Origin: an uncultured bacterium
GTDB lineage: Bacteria > Omnitrophota > Omnitrophia > Omnitrophales > Aquincolibacteriaceae
Assembly (NCBI GenBank): GCA_964482725.1
Contig: CAYZYT010000001.1
Span: forward strand, 270,912 to 334,911
DNA length: 64,000 nucleotides
Reading direction: 5' to 3'
Shown here: positions 48,901 to 55,509 of the stretch, in pieces
Layout of the letters: each line of letters begins with the position of its first letter
How positions within the stretch are numbered: position 1 is the first letter of the stretch
The notes under the pieces: generated by a model
The model's database searches: none
Seen by the model: only the letters and a program-made list of their open reading frames with translations
What the model was told of the DNA's origin: nothing
Made by a program: the position numbers and the translations under genes

Positions 48901-50698
48901 AAGGCCCATATCCGGAAATTGACAAATCCTTACCCTCTATGGAAATATTGTCTTGAAGATCCAACTCCGCGCCGTAGGCAACCTCAACATCTCCCCCGAT
49001 CCCCAAGGCGCCGTCGCTCGTGGCAACAAGAATGCCTTCATTAATATAAGTCGCGCCGGTGTAGGTATTGTCGCCAGTGAGCGTCAGAGTCCCTTCGCCG
49101 GATTTGGTCAGGCCGATGTCGTCACCGTTATCTTGAATCACCGATCCAATCGTCAGATCGTTGTCTGTGTTGTTCTGGATGATCACCAGGTCTGCACCGC
49201 TGGCTCCTTGAAGATAGCCGCCGGTGATGGTGGAAAGATTATCGCCGACATTGCCGGTAACGAGAATGCCGCCGGAGGAAATGATATTTTCCCCAGTCAA
49301 AGTGAGCGTGTATTCGCCCTCATCGTTGAAGCGCAGGCTGTTAGGCGTGATCTCCCCCTCCGGAGTCTGTGTGCTGTCCACGCTAATGTCTGCACCGTCA
49401 TAGCTGGCCGCATCATCTTCAACGTCTGAGGTGTAGGTATAGTCTCCGGAATCAAGCGCAGTAATTTGCCCGACATCGGCACCGTCTCCCGCGCTAATCG
49501 CCCAGTCCGTCCCACCAACCGTCGCCCAACCGCCCAAAATGGTATTCGCCGTGTTGGCCGTCATAGTCGTAATACCGTTGACAACGGGATCATTCACCAC
49601 GATTGGAAGTGTAAAATCGACCGTGCCGCCGGCATCGCGGCTGATCTCTCCGAGATTCAGTAAAAGATCATTTGCGCCTACACTGTTATCAAGCGTGATC
49701 GCGGAAGCACCGCTATTGATTGTTATTCCATTGTCAAAGGTCTGGATGTTCGCGTCCGAACCGCCTGTGAGCAGCAGTGTCCCACCGTTGAGCTCCAAAT
49801 CCGTACCACTGTCGAGAATGTCATCCTGAACATTGTCCGCCGAAAAATCGAGATTCAGCGTCCCTCTATTGAGCGTCACGGTGTTGGCATCAACCTCATC
49901 TTGAAAAGTTACGGTCGTTCCGCCGCCGCCGTTCACGTTAATGGTCCCAAACTTGTCACCATCCAAACCGATAGCACCTGTGACAGTGGCGTCATTCTCA
50001 AATATTAAAGTTCCGGTATTATCATCGTTATAGGTGTCGACCGTTCCAAGAATGGCTGTGCCGCCGATCCGGATCTCGCCATCGCCCTCAAAATTTAAGG
50101 CATCAGCATAAATGTCCCCGTCGAAAATCACCGTCCCGGCGTTAATGTTCATTTCTGAAAGAGATTGCCCTTCGGCCCACATATCACCAGTAAATGTGGC
50201 AGAGCCCAAAAAATTAAGCGTTCCGGCAGAGCTATCACCGCCAATCAACAGATCCGTAACAAAAGAGTGCCCATCTGCAAGATTCAGTACATTGGCCGCG
50301 CCATCGCCTGTGAATTGCATACGGGAACCCGAAGTAAAATCAATATCTCCATCGATCGTCACGGTAGCAACGCCTGAAGTGCCAAGATCGATGCGATAAC
50401 CCGAGCTATCATCGGTCAAATCTCCGGTAAATGTGTTGGTTCCGGCAAATACCAGGATCCCGTTCTCCCCCGTCAGTGTCGCCGTGCCAATGTTAGGATT
50501 TGTAGCATCCTCCACATCCATCCAGCCGCTTATGCTTGTTGCATTATCTGCGCCCGTTAAGGGCCCAGATGGAACAGGCGACCACGATCCAGCCGTCCCC
50601 CACTCACCACCTGTTGATGTATAGTCTGCCGCAAACGCGGGCGTCACAGGTGAGAAAACGAGGGAAAGGATCGCAACGATGGACAGGAGTTTTTTCAT
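42962..50698 (-). CDS. giant autotransporter (type Va) protein with multiple autotransporter-associated beta-strand repeats and C-terminal beta-barrel translocator
   Basis: Start at MKKLLSIVAILSLVFSPVTPAFA (ATG 50698), not ORF start 50761. At least four PATR-type repeats (e.g. LTKSGEGTLTLTGDNTYTGATYINEGIL). C-terminal ~280 aa barrel ending ...YGTVRYDF. 2578 aa. Confidence 0.85.
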   Translation of the reverse strand: MKKLLSIVAILSLVFSPVTPAFAADYTSTGGEWGTAGSWSPVPSGPLTGADNATSISGWMDVEDATNPNIGTATLTGENGILVFAGTNTFTGDLTDDSSGYRIDLGTSGVATVTIDGDIDFTSGSRMQFTGDGAANVLNLADGHSFVTDLLIGGDSSAGTLNFLGSATFTGDMWAEGQSLSEMNINAGTVIFDGDIYADALNFEGDGEIRIGGTAILGTVDTYNDDNTGTLIFENDATVTGAIGLDGDKFGTINVNGGGGTTVTFQDEVDANTVTLNRGTLNLDFSADNVQDDILDSGTDLELNGGTLLLTGGSDANIQTFDNGITINSGASAITLDNSVGANDLLLNLGEISRDAGGTVDFTLPIVVNDPVVNGITTMTANTANTILGGWATVGGTDWAISAGDGADVGQITALDSGDYTYTSDVEDDAASYDGADISVDSTQTPEGEITPNSLRFNDEGEYTLTLTGENIISSGGILVTGNVGDNLSTITGGYLQGASGADLVIIQNNTDNDLTIGSVIQDNGDDIGLTKSGEGTLTLTGDNTYTGATYINEGILVATSDGALGIGGDVEVAYGAELDLQDNISIEGKDLSISGYGPSVDGAALWSASGDNSWTGNISLDGVDVASWVGADYGSTLRLTGDISGNNSLGVWGSGETLISGNIDIEGEIDQADVGTFTLSGENISFGANSWLEAGTLKLDYSDYETSKLSGSDLWMSGGTLELHNGEYVEAVASVRITGGANNIIQTIDDGGEGTTLRMNGIIRTGGVINFGAENIATTTTENLASGILGAWATVGGTDWAVGSSNGDETNITAYTDYTDIDAYGSVITDGANTNVRINTAAGEAGAPITLGATTDPSDWFTINTLLQNTAAAATVDIASGDEKALDVNGIMIGEGMGSLTLGVEPDDSSLYAATENGEIVLINNSTLGNLTINASIDEWTDPVASSSLVKSGVGEVILNGENSYTGATYINEGTLTITNSNALGETDSVEVADGGILKLDSNGGDDIVIGDVALTLDGPSDLSKGALYSASGDNSWAGDIMLAGNAGIEVDSGSTLTISGGIIGVYNLGKYGEGELTLSGSNEYTGDTRLVAGTLNLDFATAATNVDIISAESSLGLWGGKLLLTGSSSDNNYQDFDGLRLNSGASTIELSNDENSLGLDLGNIERNTGATINFVGTQDDEYNSIMTTRENVNGILGAWATVDGTDWATVDEDGNIVAYTGYTPIGPSDATSNVQITEGGAYILDDLTPINTLNQSAEDAPVTVDFDGYTLQTSGILAGSLSTALTLGDTGSEGGVGTLTAATDGGELILTNFSGSTFTVNSLIEDYDTDSLSCSLTKSGTGEVVFTNENTYSGRTTINAGTLYLTATQDSPLYNFSGDAVLKLANGVDIDGNVTASGQGTLTFEGDGEVTGQVGEEGASLSKIIVTQAADSNYDVKLYSPVYIEELAFEGMGGPGDDSTVTFKDAAVVYIGEGGITTDWAGHGIVAFKRDATIDGQVGAADAYLGRIRADRQTTFNSDVYVDELKFSSTREDAEATFNADAYIGESGITTEYDGYGIVNFNGNATVTGELIEDAYQDAIGTSDAALSEVNIDGAKGTTVTINGNLWANDVYVGAGILQMNGDLTTTSEETLTFTDDGEVILEDGHTITSNITSQNDNEGTLTFEGYGTVDGQIGNGTDALKLIDLQGGSLTTVAITGDVYATDMYVGAGTLELNGSFYEPGTPNSTLIFTDDGEVILGDNEWIYHPIKTQHDGQGTLTFSGDGVVTKQIGEAADGDISGKYLKAINVTEGGHTVHLGNDIDTVDAPVYDVYVDSLNFTGSGASTSVVFYGDASIGDGGITITSEGADLGKVVFKESATVEGQVGSSDAYLSTVSVHKDTTFNADVYLDYLRLKSSPHGAEERTNPEVTFNDNATIGKAEAPSEESNGIKTDWNIYGSVTFNANATVNGDIGTDSEVLKLVYFNGEDAAVNGDIYAYDAVVGTGTLQMNGDLTATDALYFNGDGFVKMAGGYNITANVSMLTDGTGTLIFEGATILTGDVGGSSGAPKAVNLTGNSDATITGDLHTYNVTVGENTLNVGEEFNLKGGTLGLTIYGASADQNGLVIEGDKTTLEAGSKVHVTVNSGLSIMPGTEFTVIDASSFGVGNIVPTTTSSTRRYKFAASEDSGDLVLTSSNDFAPAPGASGNAAAVAGVLAGITNPGFDMNNVLDMLGGLSDSEYNEALDTMHPDVSSGAAEGSRSLTSQGFTTIGNRLGGARNGGGSGSGVSSGERLDGVGVWMQALGSHIKQDARKGIEGYMGNLFGTTVGADKVLDDHFRAGFAGSFGWARVKSKTAGSPSDDINSYQATIYGSFDSLDLNKARQSGKRSYEAVRSQVENSWYVDGMAAFTQNDYESRREIWVTPTSGRVAKADHAGQQYSTNFETGYKFVFEKTKALEVTPFVSLGYNYLYMNKYKEKGADSLNLTVNGEGFHQLEQGLGTKLAYPLVAKKVGTFIPSAKAAWLYDYIGDRFETTASFAGGGSSFNTQGAKPAKSGMLFGAELAFLNKGNMTMTGNWDIELKDQYMSNTYYGTVRYDF

Positions 50699-50789
50699 GG
50701 GAATCATGTGGGGGAAATCTCCGTTTTGTTTTGAGAGAGAAAGGCTTGCGACTTTTTTCAAAATTGGGGTTGACCCCTATTTTTTCACT

Positions 50790-50853
50790 GTCATCCCCGC
50801 GAAGGCGGGGATCCATGCTCCGGATTCCCGATAGAAGCATTCGGGAATGACAT
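50790..50853. repeat. copy 2 of bipartite palindromic MITE-like element, 92-155 bp upstream of autotransporter start
   Basis: gtcatccccgcgaaggcggggatcc + atgctcc + ggattcccgatagaagcattcgggaatgacat. Confidence 0.6.
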
Positions 50854-50963
50854 GCGACGGAAAGAATCGATATGGATAAAACCAATCAGCCCAAAGACTT
50901 ACGGCATAAAACTTACAACCTTGATGGGGCGAATTCTACCTTCACGGCTGGAAAGGCGCAACC

Positions 50964-51029
50964 TTTTTTCCTTCTTTTTTCCTTCTTTTTTCCTTCTTTT
51001 TTCCTTCTTTTTTCCTGCTTTTTTCCTGC
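50964..51029. repeat. simple-sequence repeat: 11-bp unit ttttttccttc x4 plus ttttttcctgc x2
   Basis: Read directly. Lies in divergent promoter region between autotransporter (minus; start 50698) and small secreted-protein gene (plus; start 51229). Confidence 0.85.
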
Positions 51030-51228
51030 TGCCCCCAAAAGATATCCCGAGCCTTTTTTCCCCAAGATTCGGCCCGAACTCGACCGCCGGTCAAGGATGG
51101 ACGCGATGCCTGGGATCGATCCTGAACTTCATGATGTCTTACGCTTATAAAGGAAGCTCGGTCCAGGAGAACCCCCTCGGGGCGACCGGTCGGGAGAACG
51201 CCGGCGATATGGTATAATCCCGCTCGAG

Positions 51229-51504
51229 GTGACTCCTATGAAAAAACTTGTGGCAGTTTCAATGTTTGGAATGTTGTTCCTTTCGCTCGCGCTTCCCCTT
51301 TCGGGGGCGGCAGAGGACGACGCAACGGGAACGGGGATGAGCGGGACTTCGCAGGAATTGGCGGATCTTCAGAAAACGATGAGAAGTGAACGCATGGATA
51401 ATCTTGAGCAGAGCGTCGCCGAGATGAAACAAGCGATCAGTTCCCTCTCCGATCGTGTCCAGGATCTGGAACGGACCGTGGATGATTTCAACGGCCGGCA
51501 GTAA
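51229..51504 (+). CDS. small secreted coiled-coil protein (hypothetical)
   Basis: Signal peptide MTPMKKLVAVSMFGMLFLSLALPLSGAA. GAGG-type RBS. Its 3' ~100 bp plus downstream 40 bp are duplicated at 53668-53808. Confidence 0.5.
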   Translation: MTPMKKLVAVSMFGMLFLSLALPLSGAAEDDATGTGMSGTSQELADLQKTMRSERMDNLEQSVAEMKQAISSLSDRVQDLERTVDDFNGRQ

Positions 51505-51536
51505 GCACTGTTAAGAACGCTTTCCCTCCCGCTATC

Positions 51537-51685
51537 AGGGACAGGTCTGCTTCGCAGTCTTAGACCTGTCCCTAATTCCCTCCAAAACCCACAGGGACTG
51601 GTCTGCTTCGCACTCCTAGACCTGTCCCTTATTCCTTCCAAAACCCACAGGGACTGGTCTGCTTCGCAGTCTTAGACCTGTCCCT
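51537..51685. repeat. hairpin-repeat family 1, locus B: 3 tandem units (hairpins 51537-51573, 51593-51629, 51649-51685)
   Basis: agggacWggtctgcttcgcaStcYtagacctgtccct with spacers aattccctccaaaacccac / tattccttccaaaacccac. Confidence 0.7.
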
Positions 51686-51758
51686 GTGTTAACGAGACGC
51701 CGTCCGCGACTCGCAATTCATAGTGTCCGTTTTTCAATAGGGCTGATGTGTGTTTTAC

Positions 51759-51787
51759 TTGATTTATGTGTATCCACGTATTATACT
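51759..51787 (+). promoter_or_regulatory. near-consensus sigma70-type promoter TTGATT-N17-TATACT, followed by AAGGAGG RBS (51799-51805) and ATG 51811
   Basis: Hexamers and 17-nt spacer read directly. Confidence 0.45.
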
Positions 51788-51810
51788 CATAGTAAGAAAA
51801 GGAGGCTATT

Positions 51811-52029
51811 ATGCCAAACATGACGCTCTCGATACCGGCAGAATTGAAGATGAAAATGGACCGCTTTAAGGAGATCAACTGGTCCGAAGTCGCGAGGCAG
51901 GCTATTTTTCAAAAGACCCTGCTCATGGACAAGATGAACCAGATGATGTCCTCCAGCAAGATCAGCGAGCCGGAAACCCTGTACGCGGCCCGTAAGATCA
52001 GCCGCAAAGTCTCCCAAAGACACAAGTAG
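51811..52029 (+). CDS. ribbon-helix-helix-like small protein (putative antitoxin/regulator)
   Basis: N-terminus MPNMTLSIPAELKMKMDRFKEINWSEVARQAI fits RHH beta-strand + two helices. Strong promoter and RBS. Confidence 0.45.
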   Translation: MPNMTLSIPAELKMKMDRFKEINWSEVARQAIFQKTLLMDKMNQMMSSSKISEPETLYAARKISRKVSQRHK

Positions 52030-52036
52030 CACCCCT

Positions 52037-52288
52037 ATGGAACTGGTCGTCGACGCGAACGTCCTTCTCGCGGGCTTCATGAAAGCGGCTGTAACGCGGG
52101 AACTTCTTCTGGACAATCGCTTGAAATTGCACGCTCCGGAGCACTTGATCTATGAAACCCGGAAACACCTTTTGAGCAGCTCCCGGCTTCGAAAGCGTAT
52201 CAGCCTGTTGCCCAAGCAGATCGAGGAGATATGGTTCATCCTCACGCAAAACATCGAATCCCACGCGCCCGCAAGCCTCAATAATTGA
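52037..52288 (+). CDS. PIN-like N-terminal fragment (83 aa; probably truncated VapC-like toxin)
   Basis: MELVVDANVLLAGF resembles PIN N-terminal motif (first conserved Asp). Length too short for a complete PIN domain. Confidence 0.35.
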   Translation: MELVVDANVLLAGFMKAAVTRELLLDNRLKLHAPEHLIYETRKHLLSSSRLRKRISLLPKQIEEIWFILTQNIESHAPASLNN

Positions 52289-52341
52289 TTATTGGTAAAC
52301 ATATGATTGATTTATAATAAATGTTGTGATAGCGTATCCTC

Positions 52342-53358
52342 ATGAAGAACATGCTAAAAAAAAGAGGGCTTTATTCACGCGTCAGAAAGATCCTGGCGCA
52401 GGCGCGCTTAAGGGTGGCTCGTGCGATCAATACCGAGATGGTCCGGGCCTATTGGATGATCGGACGCGAGATCGTCGAAGAGGAACAAAAGGGAGAAGCG
52501 CGCGCCGGATACGGGCAAAAAATCCTGGAAACTCTTTCCGGACGTCTGGCGAATGGGTTTGGCGAGGGAGTTGATGCCAGCAATTTGTGGAATATGCGTA
52601 AGTTTTATCAAACCTATCCAATTCTCGACGCAGTGCGTCTAGAATTGAGCTGGACCCACTATCGTATCTTGATACGGGTTGACTCCCCCCAAGCGCGATC
52701 GTTCTATGAGATCGAATGCATCAAAAGCAACTGGTCGGCCCGGGAACTTGAACGTCAGAAAGGCTCGCTCCTTTTTGAACGGCTTGCCTTATGCAAAGAC
52801 AAAAGAGGGTTGATGAAATTAGCCCGAAGAGGACAGAAGCTTCAAACCTATAAAGACATGATCAAGGACCCGTATGTTCTGGAATTTACGGGCCTACCCT
52901 CTCGCTCCAAACTCTATGAAAGCCACCTGGAGCAGGCGCTTATTGAAAATCTCTCGAAATTTCTGTTGGAATTGGGGAAGGGGTTCACCTTCGTTGCGCG
53001 TCAAAAACGCATTACCCTGGAGGGCGATCATTTTTATATTGACCTGGTGTTCTACAACACGATCCTGAAATGCTTTGTGCTCATTGACCTAAAGATCGGC
53101 AAGCTCGCGCATCAAGACATCGGGCAGATGCAGATGTATGTGAACTATTACGACCGGAAATTAAAGGGATTGGATGATAACCCCTCGGTCGGTCTGATCC
53201 TTTGTGAGGATAAAAAGGAAGCGGTCGTGAGATACACTTTGCCGCATGGGGAAAAGCGGATCTTTGCTTCCAGATATAAGCTTCATTTGCCTACGGAAAA
53301 AGAGTTAAAGCAAGAACTGGCGCGGGAAAGACCGTTGCTGATCGCCTCTCAGGCATAA
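52342..53358 (+). CDS. DUF1016 / YhcG-family PDDEXK nuclease-like protein
   Basis: DLVFYNTILKCFVLIDLKIG...GQMQMYV core; C-terminal ...YKLHLPTEKELKQEL motif. Confidence 0.7.
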   Translation: MKNMLKKRGLYSRVRKILAQARLRVARAINTEMVRAYWMIGREIVEEEQKGEARAGYGQKILETLSGRLANGFGEGVDASNLWNMRKFYQTYPILDAVRLELSWTHYRILIRVDSPQARSFYEIECIKSNWSARELERQKGSLLFERLALCKDKRGLMKLARRGQKLQTYKDMIKDPYVLEFTGLPSRSKLYESHLEQALIENLSKFLLELGKGFTFVARQKRITLEGDHFYIDLVFYNTILKCFVLIDLKIGKLAHQDIGQMQMYVNYYDRKLKGLDDNPSVGLILCEDKKEAVVRYTLPHGEKRIFASRYKLHLPTEKELKQELARERPLLIASQA

Positions 53359-53410
53359 AACAACATATCCAAAAACTCGCACCGCTGGTGCGAGAAATAG
53401 GCTGAACTAA

Positions 53411-53515
53411 GCATTCCATGTCGCCACTTACCGGATCACTTCCCGTCTTCCCCACGAACTAAAAAAAGAGCTGCCGGGGCCGGAGCAGATCGCCTATCTT
53501 CTCGAAAAGATCTGA
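53411..53515 (+). pseudogene. 3' remnant of a further DUF1016-family gene
   Basis: Own translation: ...VATYRITSRLPHELKKELPGPEQIAYLLEKI*. Matches the C-terminal motif of both DUF1016 proteins (...YK..LP.E.ELK.EL...). In-frame stop immediately upstream, no start codon. Confidence 0.35.
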
Positions 53516-53559
53516 CCGCCGTTCCGACGAAACCCATAGGTGTTGGAACGGAGGATTTC

Positions 53560-53766
53560 ATGCTGCAACTTACGCCCGGAGAAGCCCGCTCTTTAAGGTC
53601 GCAAATTGCGCCCTTAAAGAAACGAGCTCGCGGAGGACATCGAAAATACCTTCCCTACGCCTTTACGGAGCAGAGCGTCGCCGAGATGAAACAAGCGATC
53701 AGTTCCCTCTCCGATCGTGTCCAGGATCTGGAACGGACCGTGGATGATTTTAATGGCCGGCAGTAA
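53560..53766 (+). pseudogene. chimeric ORF whose last 33 codons duplicate the 3' end of 51229..51504
   Basis: DNA 53668-53808 ~96% identical to 51406-51546. N-terminal part unrelated (MLQLTPGEARSLRSQIAPLKKRARGGHRKY). Confidence 0.3.
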
Positions 53767-53823
53767 GCGCTGTTAAGGACGCTTCCCCTCCCGCTATCAG
53801 GGGCAGTCACCGGCGTGACAACA

Positions 53824-53860
53824 GGGACAGGTCTGCTTCGCATGCCTAGACCTGTCCCTG
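53824..53860. repeat. hairpin-repeat family 1, locus C (single unit) preceded by small palindrome gtcaccggcgtgac
   Basis: agggacaggtctgcttcgcatgcctagacctgtccct. Confidence 0.65.
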
Positions 53861-53906
53861 AAAAAAAGAATCCAAAAAAAAGTAACTGTCACCAACAATG
53901 CGGGGA

Positions 53907-55505
53907 CTACGACTTCGGGGAATCCAGCAAAACGATGTGCGGATTTTTTTCCTGGAAATTCCTGAGGAGCCACTCACTGAGGAAAAGAAGGACCCGCCGT
54001 CCCTGTTCATCGCGGGCCAAGGCCGCGCCATAAGAAAGCACATCGCCAAGGTCGGTGTCCGTAAGCGCGCACTCGGCCCATCTCAGGATCTTCCACGGCA
54101 ACATTTCAAGCTGCGACTCCGCGCCGTATTCTTCCTTGAGCCGGTACTGCAGCACTTCATATTGAAGAGGGCCGACGGCTCCCAGGAGCGCCGTGTTCGG
54201 ATTGGCCGGCTTGATCCAGCTGAAGACCTGAACGATATCCTCGGCAAGCAAATGCTCCAAACCTTTCCGGAAGGGTTTGTACTTTCCCGGCGAGGGATTA
54301 TGGATCGAGGCGAAACATTCCGGCGCGAAGCGCGGGATACTGTTAAACACGACGGAGGGGTCTTCGCTCACGGTATCCCCGACGCGAAAATCCGATTTCA
54401 CAGCAAATCCAACAATGTCCCCCGGATAGGCCTCATTCACGGTCTCGCGGCTTTGCCCCAAAAGCGTGTGCGAGCCCGCGATCCTGATCTTTTTTCCGGT
54501 CCTCGTGTGATAAGCGTCCATATCCCGCGTGAATTTTCCGGAACAAATGCGCAAAAAAGCGATCCGGTCACGGTGGAGCGGGTTCATGTTGGTCTGGATC
54601 TTGAAGATGAACCCGGAAAAATCCTTGGAGGTGACGGGGATCGCCCGCTCCCCGGCTTTTCGGTCCGCCGGCCCCGTGGAGTATTTGACGAACCCGTCGA
54701 GCAGAAGCTGAACGCCGAAGTTATTCGCGGCACTTCCAAAAAAAACAGGCGTTGTTTTTCCTTCGAGCACCGACTCGGGAGAAAATCCGACATGCGCCGT
54801 GTCGAGGAGCTCGAGCTCTTCCGCCGCGGCGGCATACGACTGCTCATCCACGATCGTTTTCACCGCAGGATCCGAAAAACCGTGCATCGACACCGGCGCT
54901 TTGTAGGCCCCGCCGGGAACTTTCTGAAAAAGATGCACTTCCTTTTTAAGGCGGTCATAAACTCCGCGGAATTCCCGGCCGCTCCCCAGAGGCCAGTTCA
55001 CCGGATAGGCATGGATCCCCAGGACGGTTTCCAACTCATCGATCAGCGCGAGAGGCGCGAGGCCCGGACGGTCGAGTTTATTCATGAAGGTAAAGATCGG
55101 GATCCCCCGGTGGCGGCAGATCTCGAAAAGCTTACGGGTCTGGCTCTCGATGCCTTTTCCGGAATCGATCACCATGACCACGGCATCCACGGCCATGAGC
55201 ACCCGGTAGGTATCTTCCGAAAAATCTTTGTGACCTGGCGTATCAAGCAGATTGATCCGCCACGGACCGTAATCAAACTGAAGAAGCGTGGAGCTGATGG
55301 AGATCCCGCGCTTCTTCTCCATTTCCATCCAGTCAGAGGCCGTTTCGCGCTCCTGTTTTCGGGCGGTCACCGAGCCCGCGAGCTGGACCGCTCCGCCGTA
55401 GAGAAGGAACTTTTCCGTGAGGGTGGTTTTCCCGGCGTCCGGATGCGAAATAATCGCGAACGTCCGTCGCCTCAAAATTTCATCGTGGATCAGGCCCGTT
55501 TGCAT
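53907..55505 (-). CDS. prfC: peptide chain release factor 3
   Basis: G-domain motifs AIISHPDAGKTTLTE, DTPGHKDF, NKLDR; 532 aa, typical RF3 length. Confidence 0.9.
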   Translation of the reverse strand: MQTGLIHDEILRRRTFAIISHPDAGKTTLTEKFLLYGGAVQLAGSVTARKQERETASDWMEMEKKRGISISSTLLQFDYGPWRINLLDTPGHKDFSEDTYRVLMAVDAVVMVIDSGKGIESQTRKLFEICRHRGIPIFTFMNKLDRPGLAPLALIDELETVLGIHAYPVNWPLGSGREFRGVYDRLKKEVHLFQKVPGGAYKAPVSMHGFSDPAVKTIVDEQSYAAAAEELELLDTAHVGFSPESVLEGKTTPVFFGSAANNFGVQLLLDGFVKYSTGPADRKAGERAIPVTSKDFSGFIFKIQTNMNPLHRDRIAFLRICSGKFTRDMDAYHTRTGKKIRIAGSHTLLGQSRETVNEAYPGDIVGFAVKSDFRVGDTVSEDPSVVFNSIPRFAPECFASIHNPSPGKYKPFRKGLEHLLAEDIVQVFSWIKPANPNTALLGAVGPLQYEVLQYRLKEEYGAESQLEMLPWKILRWAECALTDTDLGDVLSYGAALARDEQGRRVLLFLSEWLLRNFQEKNPHIVLLDSPKS

Positions 55506-55509
55506 CGTC

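Noticed and set aside
52037-52288. Complete VapC/PIN toxin
   Set aside because: Only 83 codons: too short to contain the 3rd and 4th conserved acidic residues of a PIN domain. Called a truncated PIN-like fragment instead.
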